From positions 1 through 25,503 of the forward strand of contig JAYTHU010000192.1 of NCBI GenBank assembly GCA_043732305.1: a stretch of 25,503 nt of DNA, written 5' to 3'. Shown here one piece after another: positions 1 to 9,630 of the stretch (position 1 is the first letter of the stretch; every line of letters starts with the position of its first letter). Made by a program: the position numbers and the translations under genes. The notes beneath the pieces are model-generated. The model had not been told where the DNA came from, did not search any database, and saw only the letters and a program-made list of their open reading frames with translations. This DNA is from Oligoflexia bacterium. GTDB lineage: Bacteria > Bdellovibrionota > Bdellovibrionia > JABDDW01.

Positions 1-294
1 CTGAACGTGCCGGTGACTTACTTCCAAGGTGAAAATGATTCAGCCACAGAAGTTGGTGGGGCTTTGGCTCATTTTCAAAATGTGGCACGCGGGAAAAAAC
101 AAATGTTGATTTTATCTCAGGGTGGTCACAATCCAAATTTAGAGTTATTGGGTGCGGGATTTGAAGAAGAAATGAAACTTGTCGAAGCTGCCGTGTACAA
201 TATTTCGATCACACAAAAAAACATCGATATGGTGAATTCAACGTTGGAAAATTTAAAATGGAGTTTGGTTAGCCCTCTAGCATCGATACAATAA
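1..294 (+). CDS. Alpha/beta hydrolase, C-terminal part (5' end outside window)
   Basis: Frame open from window edge; PVTYFQGEND...GGHNP resembles the catalytic Asp and His segments of alpha/beta hydrolases. Confidence 0.6.
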   Translation: MNVPVTYFQGENDSATEVGGALAHFQNVARGKKQMLILSQGGHNPNLELLGAGFEEEMKLVEAAVYNISITQKNIDMVNSTLENLKWSLVSPLASIQ

Positions 295-437
295 GTAGTG
301 CCGTGGATAAAATAATTAAAACCAAGTATTTCATGTTCATGATCTCTCCATTAAATTAAATGTGAAATTTAATTCTAAAACCTGGAAAGATTTTTTCAAA
401 AGCAAAAGTACGCGCAACAATGAAACTAGAGGAAAGA

Positions 438-617
438 CTAGTTGGCTAAGGTCATCGCGCACAAGCGCGTGAGCTTGAGCTTTAGACCATCAACCCTAAG
501 GCGACTTCTACCGACCGCTTTTACCTCATTCACATCTGCGTCCAAAAGGCATTCTCGAAGAATTCCTTGTCCTACCATTCCCCTCGCACCAAACAAAAGT
601 ATCTTTAATTTTTCCAT
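438..617 (-). pseudogene. Truncated NAD(P)-binding epimerase/dehydratase-like gene (N-terminal Rossmann fragment)
   Basis: Manual translation, absent from ORF track: MEKLKILLFGARGMVGQGILRECLLDADVNEVKAVGRS...; GxxGxxG motif; stop after 59 aa. Confidence 0.75.
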
Positions 618-638
618 AGAATGTTTTACTGTGCCTCA

Positions 639-1712
639 ATGACTCAATCAAAAAAACTATTCACACCGCTAAAAATTAAATCAATCGAATTTAAAAACAG
701 AATCTGGGTTTCTCCCATGTGCCAATATTCAAGCAAAGATGGCCACCCTACGGACTGGCATTTTGTACATTTGGGAAGTCGAGCAGCAGGAGGAGCGGGT
801 CTTGTGATGGTAGAGGCCACGGCTGTTTCTCCTGAAGGCAGAATTTCTCCCGATGACAGTGGAATCTGGGAGGATTCTCACATTCCTAGTTTTAAAAAAA
901 TCACTGACTTTGTGAAACTTCAAGGATCAGTCGCAGGAATGCAATTGGCCCACGCAGGGAGAAAAGGTTCAACGAGCGTTCCATGGGAAGCACACAAAGT
1001 TCTCGAGGTGTCAGAACGAGGCTGGGAAACTTTCGCACCAAGCCCAATTCCATTTGATGTTGGCGCTGTAAAACCTCGTGAGATGACCAGAGAAGATATC
1101 ACTAAAGCGATCGCTGATTTCGAAAAAGCGGCAACCCGTGCGTTCAAAGCAGGGTTCCAAGTTATTGAACTTCATATGGCTCACGGCTATTTGATGCATG
1201 AATTTCTTTCGCCAATTTCTAATCATCGCAAAGATGAATACGGTGGAAGTTTAGAAAATCGCATGCGGTTTCCATTGGAAGTAGCAAAAGCGGTTAGAAA
1301 AGTTTGGCCACAAGAACTTCCGCTTTTTGTCCGCATATCCGCTACTGATTGGGCCGGCACTTCAGAATCTTGGGACCTCGTTCAGTCAGTAATACTTTGT
1401 AAGGAATTGAAAAAACTCGGTGTTGATCTCATCGATTGCTCGACTGGAGGAACCTTAGCCAAAGCTGATATTCCGGTTGGCCCTAGCTATCAAGTGAAGT
1501 TTGCAGATACTATAAAACGTGAATCGGAAATTCTAACAGCAGCGGTTGGAATGATCACCGAACCTCAACAGGCTGAATCGATTTTAATTGAAGGACAGGC
1601 TGATGCCATATTCATGGCGCGAGAATTTTTGAGAGATCCCTACTGGCCTGCTCACGCCGCAAAAATACTCGGCGTAACAATAGACAGGCCAAAACAGTAT
1701 GGAAGAAGCTAA
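639..1712 (+). CDS. NADH:flavin oxidoreductase, Old Yellow Enzyme (NamA/YqjM-like)
   Basis: NRIWVSPMCQYS, QLAHAGRK, ELHMAHGYLMHEFLSP, YGGSLENRMRF, AREFLRDPYW. Start at 639 (MTQSKKLFTP) preferred to 621. Confidence 0.95.
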   Translation: MTQSKKLFTPLKIKSIEFKNRIWVSPMCQYSSKDGHPTDWHFVHLGSRAAGGAGLVMVEATAVSPEGRISPDDSGIWEDSHIPSFKKITDFVKLQGSVAGMQLAHAGRKGSTSVPWEAHKVLEVSERGWETFAPSPIPFDVGAVKPREMTREDITKAIADFEKAATRAFKAGFQVIELHMAHGYLMHEFLSPISNHRKDEYGGSLENRMRFPLEVAKAVRKVWPQELPLFVRISATDWAGTSESWDLVQSVILCKELKKLGVDLIDCSTGGTLAKADIPVGPSYQVKFADTIKRESEILTAAVGMITEPQQAESILIEGQADAIFMAREFLRDPYWPAHAAKILGVTIDRPKQYGRS

Positions 1713-1723
1713 ACTTTAAAAAC

Positions 1724-2500
1724 TTAGCTCTTATTTAGCAGGCGCTCCATTTGAGCACTCATTTGTTTTAAAATAAAACCTGGAGCAACTCGACTCATAA
1801 GTCTAAGTTGATTGCTTTGCCCAGGACGAATCTCATAACGATCAGATTCCATCCCTCTCACTGCTGCGGCAACCATGTCTTCAACTTTCATGATTGAAAC
1901 ACCCTTCATATCTTCTGGCTTCCAGTCGCCGAGAAGTTCAGTGTCAGTCGCAGGAGGAGCCAATTCAAAAACTTTGACATTGGTGTTCTTCAATTGCACC
2001 CGCAAAGAGAGTGTAAAAGAATGCAATCCTGCTTTGGTTGCACAGTAAACGGGAAAATTTGGAAGTGGTGTGAATGCCAATCCAGAACTCACATTTACAA
2101 TGGCAGCCATAGGTTTTGATTTTAGATGAGTTAAAAACTTTTTCACCATGCGAATAGGACCTTTGAGATTGGTGTCGATTTCACGAGTGATGTCCTCTAG
2201 ATCTGCATCACCGTCATTCATATTGATATCACGCATGATGCCGGCGTTATTGATGAGAATGTTTACCTCAGGAAATTCTTTAGTCACCTGGTCAAACAAC
2301 AAATTGATTTCACTTGATTTACTCACATCACTTTGGATGATGTGAATATTGGGGTAAAGCGCTTTCGCTGTCTCAAGTTTTGCGAGATCTCGACCCGTGA
2401 TTATTATTTTATTGCTGCGACTTGATAGCTGTTTGACCAGTTCCAGCCCAATACCGCCTGCGCCGCCAGTGATCAAAATGCTATTTCCAGTGATATTCAT
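1724..2500 (-). CDS. Short-chain dehydrogenase/reductase (DltE-like)
   Basis: ILITGGAGGIG, LINNAG, NVSSGLA, YCATK (YxxxK), VFELAPP. Confidence 0.93.
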   Translation of the reverse strand: MNITGNSILITGGAGGIGLELVKQLSSRSNKIIITGRDLAKLETAKALYPNIHIIQSDVSKSSEINLLFDQVTKEFPEVNILINNAGIMRDINMNDGDADLEDITREIDTNLKGPIRMVKKFLTHLKSKPMAAIVNVSSGLAFTPLPNFPVYCATKAGLHSFTLSLRVQLKNTNVKVFELAPPATDTELLGDWKPEDMKGVSIMKVEDMVAAAVRGMESDRYEIRPGQSNQLRLMSRVAPGFILKQMSAQMERLLNKS

Positions 2501-2510
2501 TTTCTGCTCC

Positions 2511-3173
2511 TTATGAAGGGTAGTTGAAAACTTCTAATTTGGTAGCCTTAGGATTATTTTTCAAGCGACTGACATAATCAATGACTCGAGGAAAATCTTT
2601 AAGAACGAGATCCAACTCAGGCCAAAGGGTCAACCAATAAAGGTGATAACCCACGCAAATGTCAGCAGCACCAAATTTATTTGCCACCAAGTAAGATGCA
2701 TTCATTAAGACTTCGTCTAAGGCAGTAAGCGCATCATTCAAATCAGATTGCAAAGCTTTGAGTTTTTCTTCGTGCACAGGACTCGCAGGAATGTCTTCGA
2801 TCACCATCACGCGAGTTTGAATCGCATCTAATGTGGCACATGAGAAATACATCCACTGCTGGTACTTTGCGCGTTCCGGAGAATCTAATTTGGGGGCCAT
2901 TCCCTTATCTAAATGTAAATCTGCGAGATAAGAACAAATCGCACCGGATTCGGCAATTCCTTGATCACCAAACTCAAGAACCGGCACACGTCCCATAGGA
3001 TTTAATTTTAAAAATTTCGGATCTTCAAATCCGTTAGTTTCCCGATCGATCCATTGAGTTTCAAATTTGATTCCCAACTCACTCATCAACCAACGAACCT
3101 TGGCGCTGCGATCATAAGTGGCAACGCCATAAAGACGAAAATGTGTACCTGTGTCTGTCGTTTCATTTTTCAT
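2511..3173 (-). CDS. Glutathione S-transferase family protein
   Basis: FLKLNPMGRVPVL, ESGAICSYLAD, YLVANKFGAADI. Confidence 0.93.
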   Translation of the reverse strand: MKNETTDTGTHFRLYGVATYDRSAKVRWLMSELGIKFETQWIDRETNGFEDPKFLKLNPMGRVPVLEFGDQGIAESGAICSYLADLHLDKGMAPKLDSPERAKYQQWMYFSCATLDAIQTRVMVIEDIPASPVHEEKLKALQSDLNDALTALDEVLMNASYLVANKFGAADICVGYHLYWLTLWPELDLVLKDFPRVIDYVSRLKNNPKATKLEVFNYPS

Positions 3174-3195
3174 ATGTGAAACCCTACCCTTTGCT

Positions 3196-3627
3196 TTACC
3201 CTCGAGCTAGAAAATTCGACAAATTGTCCATTGTGCTCTCCCATCCTTCACGATGGCTTTCAAAATTTTCTGCGGTCAAGCCCTCATGAGTGAGAATCAC
3301 TTCTGTGCGTCCTTCGGCATTGATAAGTTTAACTGTAACTATGCTGGTAGCTTTTTCTGCGATATCCCAACCGTGAGTGAAAACTAATTTTTGAAACGGC
3401 AAAACTTCTTTGTAAATTCCAACGGCGGTATGTGTCTCGCCATTTCCAGTCATAGATATCGAATATTTTCCACCCACACGAGCGTCAGTTTCAACTTTAG
3501 ACGGATGCATATCCTGAGGGCTAAACCAATGTTTCATCAAACTTGCATCAATCCAAGTTTTAAAAACTTTTTCCGGCATACGTTTGATCAACCGTCGAAC
3601 TTCTAATTTTGAGTGACCCATATTCAT
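3196..3627 (-). CDS. SRPBCC/AHSA1 domain protein
   Basis: EKVFKTW, DARVGGKY, KLVFTHGW, TEVILTH, HREGW. Start set at ATG 3627, which follows AAGGAG. Confidence 0.88.
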   Translation of the reverse strand: MNMGHSKLEVRRLIKRMPEKVFKTWIDASLMKHWFSPQDMHPSKVETDARVGGKYSISMTGNGETHTAVGIYKEVLPFQKLVFTHGWDIAEKATSIVTVKLINAEGRTEVILTHEGLTAENFESHREGWESTMDNLSNFLARG

Positions 3628-3731
3628 AATAATCTCCTTTAAGCGTTCGTAAAATCCACACGTTCTACTGGACAGCATCTTGCAAAAGCGAGGTATTTTA
3701 ATAACACGAAGAGCTAGAAAGGAAACCAAAA

Positions 3732-3990
3732 ATGATAGAAAGACTCATTCCATTTCAACTGAAACGAATCAAAAGAGGCATATAAGAATCCAAGACAAAG
3801 AATATTTTCATGACAATATTTTTACTACTACCGGCGGCATGTTTGAAAACTCGGAACTAAGTTGCGTGCTGTTGACAATCTCTTTGCCGATATTATCGAG
3901 GAAGTAAACTTTCTGAAATCAGGCCCAGTTAGTTTTTCAGATAAAGAAAAGCTGTCTCGCCTGAACGCGGAAAAACTTCTCCGTATTTAG
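3732..3990 (+). pseudogene. Decayed C-terminal fragment of an amidohydrolase_2 family (ACMSD/2,3-DHB decarboxylase-like) gene
   Basis: Three successive frames give LIPFQLKRI, KEYFHDNIFTTTGGMFENSELSCVL and EEVNFLKSGPVSFSDKEKLSRLNAEKLLRI*, in the order expected for the family C-terminus. Confidence 0.65.
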
Positions 3991-4088
3991 ATGAAACTAT
4001 TGGCGTAAGACTTGCTTTATTACAATTTTAAAATAAGGGAGCCAATATAGGCGCCGTAAAGATTAACTAACCTAGAAGGAGTAGTATT

Positions 4089-4538
4089 ATGCATCCTAGA
4101 AAATTCGCCCTGATTGCCGGAATAGTGTTTTTAACTTTGGGAGTTTTGTCATTCGTTTCGGACCTCTCCTATGATCCATACAGTTACTTGCCTGCTATGA
4201 AGCTAGATTCAAGCTATGGTTTATTTCTGGGTTTATTTGCCATGAATATTATTAACAAACTTGCTTTGATCTCATTCGGACTTGTCGGGATTATGGCATC
4301 GAGAGCAAAAGACAGAAGCCTTCCTGCCTCTATCACTTTCTCCAAGCTAGTCGCGTGGGTTATGATCCCAGGTGCAATCTTAGGACTCATTCCCATGACA
4401 AGTACTTTTTTTGGTTACTGGCCCCTCTTTGGAAACGAAATTTGGTTGCATGGAATTTCCGGCCTATTGGGAGCCTATTATGGTTACTACCTCCCACGTA
4501 AGGCTCATGATCGTTTGATCCATTCACCCGCCGCATAA
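4089..4538 (+). CDS. DUF4383-like small membrane protein
   Basis: About four hydrophobic segments; YGLFLGLFAMN and FFGYWPLFGNEIWLH motifs; AAGGAG RBS. Confidence 0.8.
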   Translation: MHPRKFALIAGIVFLTLGVLSFVSDLSYDPYSYLPAMKLDSSYGLFLGLFAMNIINKLALISFGLVGIMASRAKDRSLPASITFSKLVAWVMIPGAILGLIPMTSTFFGYWPLFGNEIWLHGISGLLGAYYGYYLPRKAHDRLIHSPAA

Positions 4539-4566
4539 GTGGTTGGGAAATTTTTGCGAGATTTCA

Positions 4567-4620
4567 AATTGGAGTAGCTTTGACTCACAGAAACAATGCT
4601 ACTCCGATTTTTATTATTTT
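4567..4620. terminator. Likely terminator between convergent genes
   Basis: Inverted repeat AATTGGAGTAGC (4567-4578) / GCTACTCCGATT (4598-4609) followed by a T-rich run on +. Confidence 0.55.
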
Positions 4621-5744
4621 TGAGATTGTCTCGAGGATGAAGATTTGATGCTGTCAAGTCGGTCGACTAGTGGTTTGTCACGTTCGGTGACAAAATTAAT
4701 CACGACACCTTTGCGACCTGCACGAGCGGTTCGCCCGACGCGATGAATGTAATTGTCCATCTGTTGGGGCAAATGATAATTGATCACTCGCCCAACATTT
4801 TCAATGTCCAATCCGCGGGAAGCCAAATCTGTCGAAATTAAATACTTAACGGTACCTTCACGGAATGCTTTTAGATTTGCTCTACGTTCGATCTTGTCCA
4901 TCTCTCCGCGATAAATTGTGCATTTCAAATTTTTATGCTTTAAATCTGCTGCCAATTTGTCGCACTGATCGCGAGTGTTGGTAAAAATTAAAGTTCCACC
5001 AGTCACTCTTTCCGCGAGAACTAATTCTAGCAAAGGAAAACGTCTTCCATGAATAACCATGCGATTGCGTGTTTCAAGACTGGGCACAACCTTGTGACTG
5101 CCAGCGCTTCGAATAACTTCGGCACCAGAAAACATTTTATCCATTAGTTCCTGAACAACAGGAGAAACCGTTGCTGAGAAAAGTGCCATCTGGGTTCCGG
5201 CAGGACAAGCTTCAATAAATTTAAGAGCGTCAGGCAAAAATCCTTCGTCCAACATTTGATCAGCTTCATCGAAAACTAAAATGCGAATGTCATTGAGTTT
5301 TAATCCGCGCTCCAGAAGCTTTGCCATGCGACCGGGTGTAGCAACCAAAACTTCGAAAGGATTTCGAATATTATTTTTTGCGACTTCCATTGCCGTTCCG
5401 CCAAGAACTGAGCGCACCCGTAAACGCGTGGTGTGTGTGAAAAGTTTGAATACTTTTGCAACTTGTTCACCGAGTTCTCGAGTCGGGACAATAACAGCAG
5501 CGCGGGGCTGATATCCAATTGTCACAGCTTCTTTCTGATCTTCCAAAGATTTCAACATGTGCAAAATGGGAAGAGCATAGGCCAATGTTTTTCCACTTCC
5601 AGTTTCAGCCACACCAACCACTGATTTTCCACCAAGCAATAATGGCAATGCTCGATCTTGAATCTCTGTCGGAGTAATAAACTTTTTCTCTTTAAGGGTG
5701 GATTGAAGAGAACTAAGTAATTTAAAATCAGAAAACGAGCTCAT
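4614..5744 (-). CDS. DEAD-box RNA helicase (core only)
   Basis: Q motif PTEIQ, AETGSGKT, PTREL, TPGR, DEAD, SAT, TDLASRGLD, YIHRVGRTARAG. Start at ATG 5744 (MSSFSDF) with AAGGA upstream. Confidence 0.95.
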   Translation of the reverse strand: MSSFSDFKLLSSLQSTLKEKKFITPTEIQDRALPLLLGGKSVVGVAETGSGKTLAYALPILHMLKSLEDQKEAVTIGYQPRAAVIVPTRELGEQVAKVFKLFTHTTRLRVRSVLGGTAMEVAKNNIRNPFEVLVATPGRMAKLLERGLKLNDIRILVFDEADQMLDEGFLPDALKFIEACPAGTQMALFSATVSPVVQELMDKMFSGAEVIRSAGSHKVVPSLETRNRMVIHGRRFPLLELVLAERVTGGTLIFTNTRDQCDKLAADLKHKNLKCTIYRGEMDKIERRANLKAFREGTVKYLISTDLASRGLDIENVGRVINYHLPQQMDNYIHRVGRTARAGRKGVVINFVTERDKPLVDRLDSIKSSSSRQSQK

Positions 5745-5777
5745 AAAACTATTCCTTTTGGTTGGATGGCGAATGCC

Positions 5778-5786
5778 ACTATACCA
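5778..5786 (-). promoter_or_regulatory. Extended -10 element upstream of the DEAD-box gene
   Basis: TGGTATAGT on the minus strand, about 34 nt before the ATG. Confidence 0.4.
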
Positions 5787-6126
5787 GATTTTGCCTCTTA
5801 AAAGCCAAGTTTGCCCTTTTTTCCTAGTTGTATAAAAACGAGACAATCTGAGAATTTTCTTGCTCGTTTTTAGACTCTCAAAACCAGTCAATTCCTTGAT
5901 CAATTCGGACAGTTATGAGATTGTTGGAGCTATGAAAATGAAGACCGCACTTGTGATTTTAAATTTCAGTGCGATAGCGATTAATGGTAAAATAGAAGCA
6001 GATCCTTACTTTGTGAACTCGGGAATTGGTTTTGAAATTGCGAACAATTATTAAAGAACCCCCTCAAAACGTTGGCAATAAGCTTTCCATCAAGGCAATT
6101 AAATACATATTACAGTGGTCAGGCAA

Positions 6127-6330
6127 ATGAGCAACATTCCCACTGATTTGCCTAAAGCTGTCGAAGGCGAAGATTATTATTTCGACGAAAATGGACTCTT
6201 TGTGTTCACTGCGGCTTATCATTTGAAGCGCGGCTACTGCTGCGAAAATAATTGCCTGAATTGCCCTTACGAATCACGCGAGAAATGCACAGAGAAACTA
6301 ATAGAATCACAATCACAAAAGCTAAAATAA
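6127..6330 (+). CDS. DUF5522-like small Cys-rich protein
   Basis: EDYYFDENGLFVFTAAYHLKRGYCCENNCLNCPY signature. Confidence 0.82.
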   Translation: MSNIPTDLPKAVEGEDYYFDENGLFVFTAAYHLKRGYCCENNCLNCPYESREKCTEKLIESQSQKLK

Positions 6331-6964
6331 ACAAATCATCCCCCGGCCAAGAAATTCCAAATCCTTCGCCGATCCAGAATATCCCAAAAGCAGTGAGCAT
6401 TACCCCGACGGCATATTTAAAAGTGTTCTCAGGAATTTTGGTGAGTGGTTTGTGGGCAATCAATCCAAGCATGAGCACGATCACACACGCCATACTAGCG
6501 CCGACTACTGCGGCACTTAAGTTTCTACCTAGCCCACCAGTGGTCACAACCACAAATACTACTTCTAGACCTTCAACCAAAACGGCTTTAAACGAAGTGA
6601 GAAAGCCGACAACATCAAATCGCGCGGCAGATTTCTGCTGGGAAAGAAATTTTACTTCGCGATCGTAAATTTTCGCTTCGTCATGCAATGGAATAATTCC
6701 TGCTGATCTTTTCACAGCTTTGATAAGCCATCTTCCGCCGAATATTAAAACGATGAAGCCCACCCCAAGTTGCATCCAGTGAATTGGAATTAGCTGAATT
6801 GATGGGCCAAAGATCGCCACTAAAATAGCGAGCACGGCTATTCCGGCAATGCCGCCAGCGATTGAAGTTTTCCACCCGCGAGTGAGTCCAACAGCTAAGA
6901 TAATGGTGAGTGCCTCGACAAACTCTACAAAGGAAGCCAGAAAGCTTGCGGTGAAAATATTCAT
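6206..6964 (-). CDS. COG4280-like membrane protein (FTR1/GDT1-related putative cation transporter)
   Basis: Internal repeat motifs ASFVEFVEALTIILAVG and AVLVEGLEVVFVV; PLTKIPENTFKYAVG; multiple TM segments. Confidence 0.85.
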   Translation of the reverse strand: MNIFTASFLASFVEFVEALTIILAVGLTRGWKTSIAGGIAGIAVLAILVAIFGPSIQLIPIHWMQLGVGFIVLIFGGRWLIKAVKRSAGIIPLHDEAKIYDREVKFLSQQKSAARFDVVGFLTSFKAVLVEGLEVVFVVVTTGGLGRNLSAAVVGASMACVIVLMLGLIAHKPLTKIPENTFKYAVGVMLTAFGIFWIGEGFGISWPGDDLFILAFVIVILLVSLCISRVIRKGNSGNYFRSSSRASNDKPQ

Positions 6965-7053
6965 TTGAATATAGCGATCTGACCAACAAGATCCAAGACA
7001 GGATACATAGTATTTTCTTTATTATTCACACACAGAAAGTACGCAAAATTAAA

Positions 7054-7779
7054 TTAAATTTCAATCAGTTTTTGGGTTATCCACAAGGGATCGTCTAAAG
7101 GCAAGTCGTGCCCGGCAGAAGGGTGTATCGCAAATTCCGAATCCCAGGCTTCTGCAAGTTTTGTGGTGCATCTAAAATTTACTAAACGATCTTTTTTGCT
7201 GCAGATAAAAGTCACACGGCACGGCGGCTTTGACGCCTTAAATTTAGAGGCCGCAAATAGTTGCCGCAGCAAATTTGCTGGAGAGGTAGTCGATGAGGTT
7301 GCAAAATAGTCGGCTTGCGATTTTTTGTTTCCGATAAGATTAGTTGTGAGATTAAGGATCTGTGTTTCTAAATAAACACTATTTTTTTTACCCAGCCATA
7401 TTTCATTTAATAGTCGTAGCCCTTGAGGCCGAAACCTCTGCCAGGGAAAGGAATATCTCCGTTCGCTTGAATTTATACAGACCACTCTGTTCACAACAGA
7501 AGGATTTAGGTATGCCCACTCAAGCGCAATCATTCCCCCCATTGAAATTCCAATTAAATTTACTTTTTCACCGCGGTTTACAAATTTAGATCTAACACTT
7601 AGGTTTTTTACATTTTCTGCAATAGTAAGGCAGCTTCGTGAATCACCTTGATTTCCATTTCCACGAATATCTAAAAATTCAAAATGATCATGAGGAAGTG
7701 CTTTTTTTAAAATTTCAGTAAAATCTCCCCAATGAATAGAATGTCTTCCCAAACCACGAATTAAAATCCAGTTAGCCAT
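7054..7779 (-). CDS. Alpha/beta hydrolase
   Basis: WILIRGLGR, GISMGG nucleophile elbow, DRLV, GHDLPLDDP. Start 7779 overlaps the upstream stop. Confidence 0.9.
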   Translation of the reverse strand: MANWILIRGLGRHSIHWGDFTEILKKALPHDHFEFLDIRGNGNQGDSRSCLTIAENVKNLSVRSKFVNRGEKVNLIGISMGGMIALEWAYLNPSVVNRVVCINSSERRYSFPWQRFRPQGLRLLNEIWLGKKNSVYLETQILNLTTNLIGNKKSQADYFATSSTTSPANLLRQLFAASKFKASKPPCRVTFICSKKDRLVNFRCTTKLAEAWDSEFAIHPSAGHDLPLDDPLWITQKLIEI

Positions 7780-8839
7780 ACCAAAGTTCCATCCCTCTCG
7801 CATGATTGAGTTTGCGTTGCTCGAGATCACACATCATCCAAGAGGAGCGAGAAACCAAAGACCTTATTAAAAAATCAAATAAGGTATGATGCCGCCTTAG
7901 AATTCTTTTGGTGCGATGTGGGGCGATGGGATTAAACGCCCCTAGACTCGAGAATATCTGCCGAGGATTCTTTTTTACCCAGCTCCAAGATCCCATTTCC
8001 AAACTCAATGCGAGAAATATTCCGTCATTTTCTTTTCTATACTCGTCATAAGTATGATCCCAAAGATCTCCATGCGTTGTATAACTTTTGGATTGTGGTT
8101 CGACTGTGTAAATATGGTTAGGGTAAGTGCGATCGAGACTTTCTTTTAACGCCATCATCTCGCCAATGTTTGGAAATGGAAGTTTGGATTTAGCGTAGGG
8201 AAACCACAATCGATCAACCATTCCGAAGCCTGAATGAAAATCCACGCTGATAACGGATTTAGATTTAAAAAACTGACTTTTACAAAAATCAAAAACAGCC
8301 TGCGCTTCAATCTCCATATTCTTATTAAGCTCTCCTCGGTACCAAGGAAGCTTCGGGGATATTCGATGACCTCCCAACAACGGTACAGTGACTAGCGATG
8401 CTTCGACTGGAGAGTTTCTCATAAGATCAACACCATTGGCATTTGATCGCGATTTCATCAGCATACCAAGCGGATTCACCATTGGAAAAAAAATAATTCG
8501 CATCTTTTGTAGGGCAAGAGACAGAAATTCGTCCCAAGTCAAGAGTTCAGAAAAAGAATGCATGAGGGACAAAACAACTTGGCAACCAATTCTCTCAAGT
8601 CCATGAATGCCACCAAATAATGCCAGAACAGGAGCTTCTGGATTTTGATTTCCAAACGACAGAGCCGTAAGCGGCATTTTCCATTCTTTTGATTCGGCAA
8701 AACCTAAGTGATGAACTCTTCCATGTTTACCTAGTTCAGCCACTAAATTTTCCAGTAATACCCACTCAGGAAGTTTTTCTAGAATAATTTTTGGAGGCGG
8801 CAAGATTTTTGAAGGGGGCGTCACGATATCTATATTCAT
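7772..8839 (-). CDS. M14 zinc carboxypeptidase family (DUF2817-like) protein
   Basis: GGIHGLE (HxxE), RSNANGVDLMRN, VDFHSG, LSLEMG. Start 8839 forms an ATGA overlap with the upstream stop. Confidence 0.88.
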   Translation of the reverse strand: MNIDIVTPPSKILPPPKIILEKLPEWVLLENLVAELGKHGRVHHLGFAESKEWKMPLTALSFGNQNPEAPVLALFGGIHGLERIGCQVVLSLMHSFSELLTWDEFLSLALQKMRIIFFPMVNPLGMLMKSRSNANGVDLMRNSPVEASLVTVPLLGGHRISPKLPWYRGELNKNMEIEAQAVFDFCKSQFFKSKSVISVDFHSGFGMVDRLWFPYAKSKLPFPNIGEMMALKESLDRTYPNHIYTVEPQSKSYTTHGDLWDHTYDEYRKENDGIFLALSLEMGSWSWVKKNPRQIFSSLGAFNPIAPHRTKRILRRHHTLFDFLIRSLVSRSSWMMCDLEQRKLNHARGMELWYG

Positions 8840-9630
8840 ATGGTGGCAGTGTAGCACTGGTAAACCGAATCATAAGACTTATTTGCCAATTCGATATTGG
8901 CATAGGCTTGGGTATTTTGCGTGGAATCGAGAACATGAAGATCAACAAAAATATCTCGACACTTAGCCACAGACCATAGATGGTTTAAAAATTTCATATC
9001 CCCGTACCAACAAACTAAATCTCTGTTGCCAACATTAAATTTTTCACCGTTGATTCTGACATAGCGTAGGCACAGAGGATAAACAGGTTTGCCACTTCCT
9101 GTTGCGGCACTAAACAGTGGAGACCGAAATCTAAGAACTGTATCTCCGTTCGTACTCGTGGCTTCAGGAAAAACAACCACATCCGTGCCCTCTTTCAAGG
9201 CTTGAGTTATCTCAGAAACTTCTAACCCTAAATTTTGCTTGCTCCTTCGCTCGACATAAAGACAATTGGCGAGCCTCGAAAGAAATCCCAAAACCGGCAT
9301 ATCTCTTACTTCAATAGATGTGACGTAACAGACAGGAATGGAACTAGATAAAATTAAAATATCCAGATAAGAGACATGATTGCATACATATAATCCCGAA
9401 CTCTGCGACCACTTGCCTTTTACGGCTACACGGATATTCAACACTCTCAAACCCGCGCGAGAGTAAAAACCAAGAATTTGTCCAAGTCGCTTTCTTTTTC
9501 TTTCACTCGGTAACCAGAGGGATATTATCGCGGCGCTAAGCCCGAACATTCCGATTAAGAATAATATCGCTGCGAACTTTACGGTTTGTAGCGGCCACTT
9601 GAGAAAAATATTTCGACCTGTATTTTGCAT
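8836..9630 (-). CDS. PlsC-family acyltransferase, OlsA-like
   Basis: CNHVSYLD (HX4D), YVERRS, FPEATS; N-terminal TM; lies directly downstream of the olsB-like gene; GGAG just before ATG 9630. Confidence 0.88.
   Translation of the reverse strand: MQNTGRNIFLKWPLQTVKFAAILFLIGMFGLSAAIISLWLPSERKRKRLGQILGFYSRAGLRVLNIRVAVKGKWSQSSGLYVCNHVSYLDILILSSSIPVCYVTSIEVRDMPVLGFLSRLANCLYVERRSKQNLGLEVSEITQALKEGTDVVVFPEATSTNGDTVLRFRSPLFSAATGSGKPVYPLCLRYVRINGEKFNVGNRDLVCWYGDMKFLNHLWSVAKCRDIFVDLHVLDSTQNTQAYANIELANKSYDSVYQCYTATI

Noticed and set aside
442..642. 66-aa + strand ORF
   Set aside because: Antisense shadow of the epimerase remnant, which carries the recognisable motif.
3628..3729. N-terminal extension of the SRPBCC ORF
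   Set aside because: Strong RBS precedes ATG 3627 and the extension is not domain-like.
3680..3907. 75-aa ORF as an intact gene
   Set aside because: Only its middle matches; it is one frame of the amidohydrolase remnant.
5745..6054. DEAD-box N-terminal extension and 64-aa + ORF
   Set aside because: Helicase homology starts at 5744 with RBS and promoter inside the extension; the + ORF has no motif or RBS.
6252..6989. 138-aa (+) and 102-aa (-) ORFs within the COG4280-like gene
   Set aside because: Shadow frames without motifs.
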